Shown: piece after piece, positions 12,001-18,700 of the stretch
How positions within the stretch are numbered: the stretch's first letter is position 1
Layout: each line of letters starts with the position of its first letter
NCBI GenBank assembly: GCA_019242175.1
Contig: JAFAVZ010000238.1
Coordinates: 1 to 44,634, forward strand
Origin: Acidobacteriota bacterium
Lineage (GTDB): Bacteria; Acidobacteriota; Thermoanaerobaculia; Gp7-AA8
Length of the DNA stretch: 44,634 nucleotides
Reading direction: 5' to 3'
Notes under the pieces: model-generated
Told to the model about the DNA's origin: nothing
The model's input: the letters and a program-made list of their open reading frames with translations, nothing else
Databases searched by the model: none
Made by a program: the position numbers and the translations under genes

Positions 12001-14780
12001 ACGGCAGCCGCACGAGCGGCACCTTGTCGCTCGGCAACGTGCCGCAGTACTACGCGCCGCCGACGCTCAACGCATCGCTGATCGCCATCAGCTCGGTCTC
12101 CGCGACCAGTGCACGCGTCACCGGCGCCGCCGGCGCGGTCACCGGTGGCGAGACGCCGATCTCCATCGACCTGACGAACGCCACCACGAGCTCGGTCGGC
12201 CTCGACGCGATCGTCGTCGCCGCCGACGGCAGCTTCACCGGCACGCTCGACGCATCGGCGGGCCAGCTCGTCGACCTGCGCGCGACGGACAAGAGCGGCC
12301 GCACCAGCACGCCGCTCCGCCTCACCGTCCCGACCGCAGCGCCGACGATCGACGCTGCGAAGCTGACGCTCGCCGGCGACGGCGCGACGCTCGCCACGCT
12401 CACCGGCGCCGCCGGCGCAGTCACCGGCAGCGGTACGCTCAGCGTCGAAGTGCGCAACGCCACGAGCTCGAACGTCGCGCCGGTGACGGCGACCGTGCAG
12501 GCGAACGGCTCGTTCAGCGCGTCGCTCACCGCCGCCGCCGGCGACCGCATCACCGTCCGCGCGTCGGATGACGCCACGACGCCGCAGACGTCAGATCTCG
12601 TCGTCGCCGGCAACGTGCCGTTCGGCTCGTTGATCCGCAGCGTCGCGATCGGCAGCGGCGTCACCGACTCCACCTTCCGCGCGCGCACGCTCGCCGCCGA
12701 TGGCGGCTCGCTCCTCGTCGCCGGCTATCCGTCGGCTTCGATCGGCGACTCGCCAAACCTCGTCCAGCTCGACCTGCCGTCCGGCGCCTACCGCCGCACG
12801 ATCAACGCCGGCAGCGGCGCCATCAACGGCGTCGCGGCGAAGAACGGCTACGCGCTCGTCGCCTCCGGCTCCGTCACCTCGGTCAATCTGTCCAGCGGCG
12901 CGACTTCGACCATCGCCGGCGGCACCGGCACCGCGACGAGTGTCGCGATCGCCGGCACGTACGCGTTCGTCGGCGGCAGCGGCTCCACCGGTCTCGTGCG
13001 TGTGTACGACGTCACGACGCCCGCGACGCCGCGCTTCCTGCGCGAACAGGCGCTCGTCGCCGGCGTCGACTTCCGCTCGCTGATTCCGATGGGCAGCGAC
13101 TACCTCGTCGCCCTGACGCCGGACAAGGTCGGCGCGACCGGCCACGATGTCGTGGTCATCGACCGCCGCGACGTGAACGCGCTCCGCGTCGTCACCGACG
13201 TCGATCTCCCCGAGCTCAACGCATTCCGCGGCTCCGTCGTCGGCAACTCGGTCTACGTGGCCGGTCAGGAAGGCGGCCTTGCCGTCCTCACGTTCGACTT
13301 CGCCACCTCGCTCACGCCGACCAAGCGCCTGCTCGCTACCGCCGGCAGCGCGCACGCGGTGCAGACCGCCGGCACGCTCGGCGCGATCGCCGACGGCGCA
13401 ACCGGCGCCACGTTCGTCGAAACCGCGACCGGCGCGACGCGCACGCTGCTCGGTTCGCAAGCCACCACCGGCCCGGCCTGGGACGCGCTCTTCTCCGACG
13501 GCAATCTCTACGTCGCCGACGAGCAGGGCGTGACCGTGATCGAGCACGTCGCCGCGCCGCCGTCCATCGACGCCGCGCGCATCACCATCTCCGTCCCGAA
13601 CCCGTCCGGCAACGCAACGATCACCGGCGCAGCGAACGCGGTGCGCGGCCACTCGCCGGCAGTCGTCGTGCGCAACGCGACGAGCGGCGCGCCCGACGTC
13701 GCCGCAACCGCCGGTTCGAACGGCAGCCTCTCGGCGACGCTCGCCGCCAGGTCGGGCGAGGTGATCGTCGTCGCCGCGACCGACATGGCCGCGCGCAACG
13801 CGACGCGCACCGTCGGCAGCGTGCCCTTCGCCGAATCGACCGCGACGACCGCCGCCGGCCCGACGGAATCGGGCGACCCGGCGTTCCTCGCTCGTCGCGT
13901 CGACACGAACGGCTCGCTCGCCGCCGTCTCCGGCGGATCGCGCCACGGCACGTCGCTCGGCAGCTCCGGACGCCTGCTCCTCTTCGCGCTCCCGAACGCC
14001 AGCTCGCCCGCGACGGTGAACGTCGGCGACGGAGCCATTGACGACGTCGCGCTCGACGCGAGCCACGCGTTCGTCGCCGCCGACTCGCTCTCCACATTCG
14101 ACGTCCGCCTCGCGACTCCCGTCGTGCACACGGTGACCGGCCAAAGCGGTCACCTCAACGCGCTCGCCGTCAGCGGCAACTACGCATTCGCCGCCGTCGC
14201 CGGCGCGACCGGCACGCTCCGCGCGTTCGACGTCACCGACCGCGACGCGCCGGCGTTCCTCCGCGAGCAGACCGGCGTCGTCGCCGGCGTCGCGTTCCGC
14301 AAGCTTCTGATCCTCGACGCCACGCACCTCGTGGCCATCACGCCCGACAAGACGGGCGGCACCGGCCACGACGTCGTGATCCTCGACCGCACGAACGTCA
14401 GCGCCATCGCCGTCGCCGGCCAGATCGACATCCCGAATTTCGACGCCCTCGACGCCGCACTCTCCGGCGCGACGCTTTACGTCGTCGGCGGAGAAGGCGG
14501 CCTGGCGATCGTCGACGTCAGTGCTCCCGCCACGCCGGTCCTGAAGAGCGTGATCGCGACCGGCGGCATCGCTCGCGGCGTTGCGATCTTCGGCACGAAC
14601 GAAGTCGTCGTGGCGAACGGCGGCGGCGCAGGCCTCACCTTCATCGATGTTTCCAACCCGGCCCTCCCGGCGCTCCTCGGCTCGCAGCCCGCGCCCGGCA
14701 ACGCCGTCGACGTGAAGGTCGTCGGCAAGACGATCTACGCCGTGACCGACCAACATCTCTACACCGTCCACCGACCATGA
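1..14780 (+). CDS. Giant secreted/surface repeat protein, 5'-partial (>4,925 aa in view): ~4 Ig-like domains, two Gly-rich beta-helix modules, then 8 LVIVD-type beta-propellers alternating with ~13 small Ig-like domains
   Basis: The ORF-track entry 186..14780 begins at an internal GTG. The same frame (codons at 3,6,9...) reads GELLVDPFDTRFPSTEHD... with no stop back to nt 3, so the gene starts upstream of the window. Stop TGA is at 14778-14780. LVIVD-like blade motifs include GIAVVDLSDPAHP, GVSVLDVTDPAAP, RIAVIDLTNPLAP, GLAIVDVSAPATP and GLTFIDVSNPALP. Recurrent Ig modules have the form AGAVxGxxP...DGSF...G(Q/E)xL..ATDxxGR. GC3 codon bias is strong throughout. Confidence 0.9.
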   Translation, partial: GELLVDPFDTRFPSTEHDAAPTPLGNGATLTFDRVEVANRGFARFDDHLKIGNFLDDRDTIVKGASATVVLLGEKPSLTVTAPTTRVAVSRGASLDVTYAETSALAIEERRFVIGTSSVAVTTFSSQPQNQKRSAVTIPVDAPLGPITAQFQILDRAGRIASAAIAVDVTENASPVVTSLTSTPASLYANHNVAITVTAHDDVAVKTVHITTQLGSQTPVTVDKPIATTLRDVTVGHTFLVPGTFTGGGTLHITATADDVDPTHASNIASFDVTILHDTTQPTVALLEPPPNTLYVSGGSTTIPVRATVTDDETGVQRVTAQLDDAAPVTMTKSGNEWTALVPVPARSGSAIQPANVVVKAIDFENNLTTATVAVNVKPSGDPNAPALAWACTSPGATYPPGYTAKLRVLARAANEADPVADVKFFVDADTTGVAASTIEGEAYELAYVIPSDKTTIPVRVEATNASGLKSEISTTITITNATPIVSDMALLENDRQFDGGVLLVQSGTLTIAGQHNFTQIIVLDGARIRTQITNVGSVQRLQLNAPKIFVACGGAIDADGNGYNANESGVGRTYPDTFSGGSTRGTGGSHGGAGGKRQYEEENPPTPAATYDSIYDPNQPGGAGSVADNATCDPCNGGGGVIRIQTAALVLDGAVSAGGVVNTNGGGGAGGAIRIDAGDLSGGGSISANGARAYDDWLTNAGGGGGGRIAVYYQHSSLDPTHIVAAGGAGSSGSWSTTAPAGTVYLQQRGADGAKIADQLRLDNLDRVTEDETPLPALAAGSVTSVANATITLSQPVADWIDGSWIEFLDANGAAISSYRIASHTATSVTVALPTGETVANAPAGSTYRQAWLFDDTRALGNARVAASEIRSATYFTNAESRIRIDALHAATTSVTGWLRVDGALDANALTVDHGAKLEANGALHATTMRVLDSSIVTHTAIADGTKNWKLSIDAGTLEVDATSAIDVTGKGYDSSRASDQLGGVSASSAAGSHGGNGGNDGLATDATYDSAFDPQLPGGASYTSAGGGVVRIHADQFVLNGKILANGATDLPYVTVYGGAGGAIRIDANSLTGSGEIHADGGVAPTYGAGGGGGRIAVYATTLGLDRAHVTAHGGLYSDGTYIASNGAAGTLFFKTGSATLGDLVADNGDVPSSQMTGLIGVNYGVVSSFTATTVTDAQAHFATPSLLRGIRLFLNQNRNTTWPITANTATTLTVGSATTPFSAQVGDAMRGLYRFDAVTIHNAILATPDFLESGAPFDRSLLREGNAAPPTVDVAKIVPAPFSTGVMGKAGAVADPDQPIVVRVKNVRTGNVFTGTAAADGAFFVRVEGLQGDALAFSAKDGHRFPLETREVSIGTLVVNTPEITPLSPANWNVHASFRADRISANGSLMAVATRRGQGSDDVVLFDIADPKHPQYLRTFQTENFGFGPEMIEVYKGWVLTGSHVYKASDPSQVLSFAPGAGVRHGNLYFHDGGGYENYSADVDDISDPANPKTVGSIHLGHSRADDIFGFGDRYMVLRLGSLYSVYDWTTKTKLADLDLGTLTNGGEVGPLHFQGTTAYAGFEKPDPNGGATAYTLAVLDFSNPAHPRVATQIPMLAKVEDVAGAGVKGVIADNIAGVARFDSHSPLAPAIEGYVAFDDPATAVALGANVAYVAYGSGIAVIGNIPTPPVISTEAISLKVASGTATIAGAPHAINGGTPPTTVTIRIRGGASITAPVAADGSFSGALSVHPGDALELLATDSLGLVSDVVAIGAVPFGNVATFALTVANGVPENYSARLVATEGSAVVVASSHFSAPNQGGSDVVLVFDASDVAHPILKKSVSLGIDVTSVVIARGVAYIGTQQGLFTLDVHNPAAQASGPFSQEYEAGLYVSGDVLVTAPQHYPRGFLRLYDVSTPMAPRFLTDQASPDSNPVGVSFVPYGDDYLLALRQPGFSYQGSHTLAVLDRRSASLAPIATLDLDYLNAFRAAVVGTKLYLASVQQQGIAVVDLSDPAHPIALDPLAQTDANALVANGSRLFVAAGNSGLRVLDASITPPALLGNQPLGAGFAYDIQPIRGGYVIANETNVVFLGLDAAPTLDLSKVALGALSGGNIAVTGTAGAVSGSAPLTVEVRSVEGAASANATADANGAFNASVAAAPGQRITISVTDSVGRKTGPFDLGRIAITGVNGVAIAPSMADDAFSARLLAADGATLAVSDNASSTGVGSGQVVLFDTSSPSAPAYRDTVDVGFPINALAATNGFVYAGTTAGTAVINLATGDQAYLASPGNITALAVAGPYAFAGYNNQIQVLDVRDPMHPRSFVDGNWLSLGGTIRQILPYRDALVVVTDAPEIQLMARADVGSIYTRTSLEMQEGAGNLRGVVAGDRLFYTDAGRRELVAVDLTNLDAPVELSRTALPMSPTDVRAVGNTLYLACGFDGFLTVDVTNAAAPVVGTRKMVGGFANAALPLPDVALLANGRALQIVAAASAPQIGVDHFRVLRNGANAAVSSDLWAVRASGTFSAEVRNLDAVPPTTAPATISAQGQVSASIAADAGNRIELVVTDGAGRTSRAVVGSLAFGNAVISVQSDAATRYFARSIGLDGSKIVASGPTDGLDVFDAADPTNPLFEQNVSTFSYAYRARAANGTAFAAGYTLSTFPLGVHRPAVSRYDGSLYANDVFLSGNLAFTGGNAYVRSFDVSNPKSIVLKQELQVDGVVALSHYSDDYLLAFGAEHLSIVDRHDPAAMSIVATLDLPGLTPVEGVRVGNRAFLACTEGRIAVIDLTNPLAPVQERVIPTAGAAHALRLAGNSLFIADGQAGVSVLDVTDPAAPVFRGAQKTDGTAWDLELRGSTIYIANDLGVGILTGLPLAPEVRASLVSIGAVSATTAAVAGRAQSVLGRAPLTISLTNAATHASVQANVATDGSFYGRIAAAAGEELTAAATDGAGVASASVSLGNVPPFNAAPAIRASLISISAVNASTALVRGIANAVTGAEPLTVQVANVEGGVSSSTVAVDGNGAFLVAVPAVGGQSLALTATAANGQTASAPIGTVPASAAPQRTEVSGSDGYFLARRFAHDADLLAAAPVDVAQNGRILFFPNGQYESSSYFESAVGVVHDVAVAKPWIFVAGDNGAVAYDITNYSRYSLATGPFDAVGAAGNLAFLATTNGVLKAYSVSREQRTVLATFAGGLPNVVVRSLLPFERDGRDYLAAISGDEGHDVMVFDVTDPSAPVRIADYDVPGFEAARGRLADTRLWLTGRDRRVYGVDLTNPAAPTALESHLVSAGQPRGVSGRATLGVVAADAAGIALVDPAHAAPLGYLPTAEPAYDVVTVGSKIIVAADHSVLVFDGVFSDPPVIDRSRIALGNAGANRVSVFGTTDAVSGAKPIRLRITNSITGVFVDDVNVTIAGGFSTLIAAKAGELLTATATDVAGRVTSNVPIGALSLGTVSSSAQLGDSDFVTDRMKVEGNVVAITIYNPATGLGAVAGLDATNPNFSGQFYGTNFGSVVRDVAIFGNHEYVAAGAIMASTGRCCTGYESAVQLVARSLAGVNDKLYASALNGGAISSWTIGSDPMDLTPDLVAVPSHLNLSFSELLVYQSKLIGITPDKTSGAGHDIVFMDRATGAYLSEIDLPQFDATRARITGHYLVVSGRTGKGAIVDLADLNAAPIVFTGSGPMSSGAALVGSRLALANGAYGISLFRAAPPAAPTFEGLQGVNGESVVDVAFVNGALLALTTHGLSTITGLPPMVDLARVSITNDASGVVARGLERAVTGQPTFRLTLTASGGASATANSSNGAFAMPIAANGGETLTLNVTDAISRTSGAIVLGTVPGGSAPQFSAPQLVAAKISATALSATSTQVVGSAGAVTGGETPNTIAITNTSATPPTGTAGITVAADGSFTATLNAVAGQTLAVKATDHGNRNSSVVNVTAPTFVTAPTISPAKITISALSAIAAEVRGIAGAVSGGETPVTATLTNSATSGFVANIAIAADGSFVATIAASSGQALTLAAADHGSRTSGTLSLGNVPQYYAPPTLNASLIAISSVSATSARVTGAAGAVTGGETPISIDLTNATTSSVGLDAIVVAADGSFTGTLDASAGQLVDLRATDKSGRTSTPLRLTVPTAAPTIDAAKLTLAGDGATLATLTGAAGAVTGSGTLSVEVRNATSSNVAPVTATVQANGSFSASLTAAAGDRITVRASDDATTPQTSDLVVAGNVPFGSLIRSVAIGSGVTDSTFRARTLAADGGSLLVAGYPSASIGDSPNLVQLDLPSGAYRRTINAGSGAINGVAAKNGYALVASGSVTSVNLSSGATSTIAGGTGTATSVAIAGTYAFVGGSGSTGLVRVYDVTTPATPRFLREQALVAGVDFRSLIPMGSDYLVALTPDKVGATGHDVVVIDRRDVNALRVVTDVDLPELNAFRGSVVGNSVYVAGQEGGLAVLTFDFATSLTPTKRLLATAGSAHAVQTAGTLGAIADGATGATFVETATGATRTLLGSQATTGPAWDALFSDGNLYVADEQGVTVIEHVAAPPSIDAARITISVPNPSGNATITGAANAVRGHSPAVVVRNATSGAPDVAATAGSNGSLSATLAARSGEVIVVAATDMAARNATRTVGSVPFAESTATTAAGPTESGDPAFLARRVDTNGSLAAVSGGSRHGTSLGSSGRLLLFALPNASSPATVNVGDGAIDDVALDASHAFVAADSLSTFDVRLATPVVHTVTGQSGHLNALAVSGNYAFAAVAGATGTLRAFDVTDRDAPAFLREQTGVVAGVAFRKLLILDATHLVAITPDKTGGTGHDVVILDRTNVSAIAVAGQIDIPNFDALDAALSGATLYVVGGEGGLAIVDVSAPATPVLKSVIATGGIARGVAIFGTNEVVVANGGGAGLTFIDVSNPALPALLGSQPAPGNAVDVKVVGKTIYAVTDQHLYTVHRP
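1440..3810 (+). repeat. Tandem duplication (two ~1.2-kb units, about 1440-2650 and 2650-3810), each encoding a Gly-rich beta-helix-like module plus a ~100-aa small domain
   Basis: Unit A contains GGGVIRIQTAALVLDGAVSAGG..GGGGAGGAIRIDAGDLSGGGSISANGA..GGGGGGRIAVYYQHSSLDPTHIVAAGG. Unit B contains AGGGVVRIHADQFVLNGKILANGA..YGGAGGAIRIDANSLTGSGEIHADGG..GAGGGGGRIAVYATTLGLDRAHVTAHGG. Both are preceded by a ...D(A/V)(D/T)G(N/K)GY.. segment and followed by paralogous tails (GSVTSVANATITLSQP... versus GVVSSFTATTVTDAQA...). Confidence 0.75.
11210..12620 (+). repeat. Five consecutive ~90-aa Ig-like domains (coding tandem repeat) within the first giant gene
   Basis: Successive units are each bounded by ..LG(N/T)VP.. 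or ..TAPT.. linkers. Three adjacent units share the nucleotide blocks ggcggcgagacgccg and gtcgccgccgacggcagcttc (around 11570/11650, 11860/11930 and 12140/12220). Confidence 0.8.
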
Positions 14781-15637
14781 GGATGCCCATGCGTTTCTTC
14801 CCCATCGCGGCAGCCGTCGTCTGCCTCGCATCTCCGGCGATCGCTGCGCCGGCAGGGCCGTTGTTTCCGAAGCCGCTGCACCTCGTGCGGCGCATCGACG
14901 ACCCGGTCGCCCGCACCACCCACGTCGTCGACGAATACTGCCTCGGCAACCGCGTCATCAGCATCAACGGCTCGCGCGTGGCCATCGTCGACTACGACCG
15001 CCGCGACATCACCGAGATCGACCACGCCGACGGCACGTACAGCATCACGAAGTTCGAGGAAGTGGCGACGGCCCGAGCGCAGCTTCCGCTGCCGCGCGCG
15101 AAGGCTTCGTCCAACGCCGCCGCGAAGCGCGCCACCGCCCTCCGCCCGACCGCCCTCGGCGTCAAGGCCACGACCACCTCGAACCGCTCGCTCGAACGCT
15201 GGCGCGCCGACCTCTCCGCCGGCCCGGAGAAACGCACCGTGGAGATCGGCATCGACCGCACCATCCCGATCTCGAAGGAGGCCGCCGAAGTCCTCGTCGG
15301 CGCCGCCTTCCCTTACGAACGCACCGACGAACAGGACCAGATCCTCATCGCCGCCGCGCCGGCAGAGACCGCGCTCGCCGGCGCCAAAGTGACGAACGCC
15401 AACGCCGCTCCGGCGCCGTACGGCCTCCCCTCGGAAAGCGTGACGACGTACGAAGCGGCCGGCGTGAAGGTCGAGATCCGCACCGCCGTCCTCCGCGTCG
15501 ACGACGAGCTCCCGCCCGCACAACTGCTGCGCATCGATCCCGGCGCGCAGCGCATTGAATCCCTTTACACCCGGATGCGTCAGGAGCTCGACGAGCTCGA
15601 CAAACTGCCGACGCCTCCCCCGGCGCGCAAACCGTGA
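14777..15637 (+). CDS. Secreted 286-aa hypothetical protein (operon accessory); fold not assignable from sequence alone
   Basis: ATG 14777 overlaps the stop of the upstream giant gene (ATGA, 14777-14780). Its own TGA (15635-15637) overlaps the start of the downstream giant gene (GTGATGA). The N-terminus MRMPMRFFPIAAAVVCLASPAIA/AP looks like a Sec signal with an AxA site. The tail is Pro-rich (LPTPPPARKP). Codon usage matches the neighbours. Confidence 0.8.
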   Translation: MRMPMRFFPIAAAVVCLASPAIAAPAGPLFPKPLHLVRRIDDPVARTTHVVDEYCLGNRVISINGSRVAIVDYDRRDITEIDHADGTYSITKFEEVATARAQLPLPRAKASSNAAAKRATALRPTALGVKATTTSNRSLERWRADLSAGPEKRTVEIGIDRTIPISKEAAEVLVGAAFPYERTDEQDQILIAAAPAETALAGAKVTNANAAPAPYGLPSESVTTYEAAGVKVEIRTAVLRVDDELPPAQLLRIDPGAQRIESLYTRMRQELDELDKLPTPPPARKP

Positions 15638-15717
15638 TGAGCTCACTTCGAACCTTCCCTCGCGCGGCGCTCCTCGCCCTCCTCGCCTTCGCCGGCGTCG
15701 GCATGGCCGTCCGCGCC
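15634..15717 (+). other. Sec-type signal peptide of the giant RHS protein
   Basis: The sequence M(M)SSLRTFPRAALLALLAFAGVGMAVRA/QTP has a basic n-region, a hydrophobic core and a VRA cleavage-type site. Confidence 0.75.
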
Positions 15718-18700
15718 CAGACTCCCGTCACGTATTCCGAGTCGTTCGACTCGTACCAGCCGAACCGTTCCGTCACCGGCTGGTCCGACACGCGAGTCGG
15801 CAGCTCGCGCGTGATCCACGAATTCACGACGTATCGCGATCCGCTCCGCAGCTCGAACATCGTCTACGGCGACCGGCAGAGCGAGTCGGGCGAGCATCTC
15901 CTCGCCGGTGCCCACGCCGTGCAGACGCTCCACGACGACGGCCACGGCGACGACCGCACCGGCTACTTCTCCACGCTCACCACGAAGACGTTCGCCGGGC
16001 AGGGGAGGTTCGAGCTCAAAGGCCGCTTCCTGCGCACGAAGGACTCGACGCGCATCGGCTTCACGTTCTTCTCGTCCTATCCCGAGAAAGACCAGTACTA
16101 CCTCATCGGCACCGGCGCGAAGCACTACCAGCACGACGACTGCGACGACGACCATCTCATCGCCGGCGCGCTTCACAACGACAGCGATCACGGCGAAGAC
16201 GATCGCAACATGGAGCTCGTCGGTTTCAGCGCCGGCTATCTCACCGGCGACACCGAGAGCTCGTTCGTCCCCGACGACGACCGCTGGTACTGGTTCCGGA
16301 TCCAGGTCGACAACGCCTCCGGCGTGACGAGCATCCGCGCTCGCTTCTGGGCCGACGGCGCGAGCGAGCCGTCCACCTGGCCGATCGACGCCCGCGACAA
16401 CGGCACGACCCGCCTCATCACCGGCCGCATCGGCATGTGGAGCGGCGGCAGCGGCGACGCTTTCATCGACGACCTCACCGCGTCGTCGCCGCAGGACCGC
16501 ACCGCGCCGACCATCGCGTTCTACGAGTCGAACGTGAAGCTCGACACGGCGACCACGGCGAAGTTCAACCGCAATCCGGCCATCGACGTCCGCGTCACCG
16601 ACGACCTCTCGTCCATCCCCACGAAGACGATCAAGCTCGACGGCGCGACCTACACGAACCTGACGCCCATCACGACGGAAGGCTCGCACACGCTGACCGT
16701 GCACGCCGTCGACTCCGCCGGCAACGCCGCGGATGCGACGCTCCCGCTCTTCATCGACAAGACCGCGCCGACGATCACGCTCCTCGAGTCGGGCCAGCCG
16801 CTGCCGGCGCAGCCGAAGTACAAACGCACCGCCGCAATCGAGATCAAGGTCGCCGACGCCCGTTCGACGTTCACCACCACGGCGACGCTCGACGGCGCGC
16901 CGTACACGTCGCTGACGCCGATCACGACCGACGCCGCGCACGTGCTCTTCGTCAAAGCCACCGACGCGTTGGGCAACGTCGCGACCGTCCAGGTGACGAT
17001 CGTCGTCGACACCCACGCGCCGGCGATCCAGTTCAAGGAATCGGGCAACGTCCTCGATCCGGCCGCCGAGCAAAAGTACAAGGCCGATCCGCGCATCGAG
17101 ATCAAGGTGACGGACGCCGTCGCCGCCACGCCCGGCGTCACCGCGACGCTCGACGGCGCGGCGTACACGTCGAACACGCCGATCACCACCCCCGGCCGGC
17201 ACACGATCGCCGTGCATGCGACGGATGATGTCAGCAACGCCGCCGACGCCACGCTCCGCCTCGTCCTCGACAAGAACAACCCGACCGTCGCCGTCACCGT
17301 CGGCGGCCAGCCCGTCGACCTGACCCGCACCGCCGTCTACAAGCAGAACGTCGCGATCAACGTCACCGCGACCGACGCGACGACGAGCGTCGTGACGAAA
17401 GACATCCGCCTCGACGGCGTGGCCTACGTCCCGGGCACGACGATCAGCACCGAACAGCTGCACACGCTGACCGTCCACGCTGTCGACGAAGTCGGCAACT
17501 TCACCGACGTAGTCTTCAAGTTCCTCCTCGACAAAGCGCCGCCGCGCATCGAGCTGTGGGAAGCGGGCGTCAAGCTCGATCCTGCGGTCGTCGCGAAGTT
17601 CCGCCGCAACGCTGCGATCGAGATCCGCGCCACCGACGCCGCCTCGAGCGTCACGTACACCGCGACGCTCGACGGCGCGAATTACGTCTCCCTGACTCCC
17701 GTCGCGAGCGAAGCGACGCATCACCTGACCGTGCATGCGACGGACGAGGCGGGCAACATCGCCGACGCCGCGCTCGACCTCATCGTCGACAAGACCGCGC
17801 CGGTCGCCGCGTTCACCGAAGGCGGCAACGCGCTCGATCCGACGCGCACGTACTCCTGGAACCGTTCCCCGATCGCGATCGGCGTCACCGTCACCGACAA
17901 CCTCGCCGGCCTGCAGTCGAACGTCACGCTCGACGGTTCGCCGTACGTCTCCGCGACCCCCATCGCCGCCGAAGGTCCGCACGTCGTGAAGGTGCACGCG
18001 GTCGACGTCGTGAACAACGTCACCGACGCGCAGCTCTCGTTCGTCATCGACAAGACCGGCCCGATCATCGAGCTGACCGATGGCACGCTCGTTCTCGATC
18101 CCGCCGCCCGCGCGCTCTTCGATCACGCCCCGGCCCTCGGCATCAAGGTCACCGACAAATACTCGACCTCCAGCTACGCGGCGAAGCTCGACGGCGCGAA
18201 TTGGACCGTTGGCCAGCCGATCGCCGACGGGGCGCACACGCTCGCCATCCACGCCGTGGACGCGCTGAACAACGCGACCGACGTCACGCTGACGATGCTC
18301 GTCGGCACGCATCCGCCCGTCGTGACGCTCACTGTCGGCGCCGCGCCGCTCACCGAGAACCAGCTCTTCAACCACTCGGTCACCGTCGACGCGCACGTCG
18401 TCGCCGTCTCGACGCTCTTCGACGTTGCCGCGACGCTCGACGGCGCGCCAGTCTCGCTCACGCTGCCGATCGCCGGCGACGGCGCGCACACGCTCGTTGT
18501 CACCGCGACCGACGAGCTGCACCACGTCGGCTCGGTCACGGTGCACATCCGCATCGACACGAAGAAGCCGGTCGTGACGATCTCCGCGAACGGCGACCCG
18601 CTGACATCCTCGAAGGCGTTCGCCGCCGCCGTCACGTTGAACGCGACCGCCGACGAGCCGACGTCGTCCCTCACGCTCACCGTCGACAACGCGCCGTTCA

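Noticed and set aside
14777-14850. The 286-aa protein as a lipoprotein
   Set aside because: The only Cys in the signal region sits in AAVVC, which does not fit the L-(A/S)-(G/A)-C lipobox. An AxA (AIA/AP) signal-peptidase I site follows.
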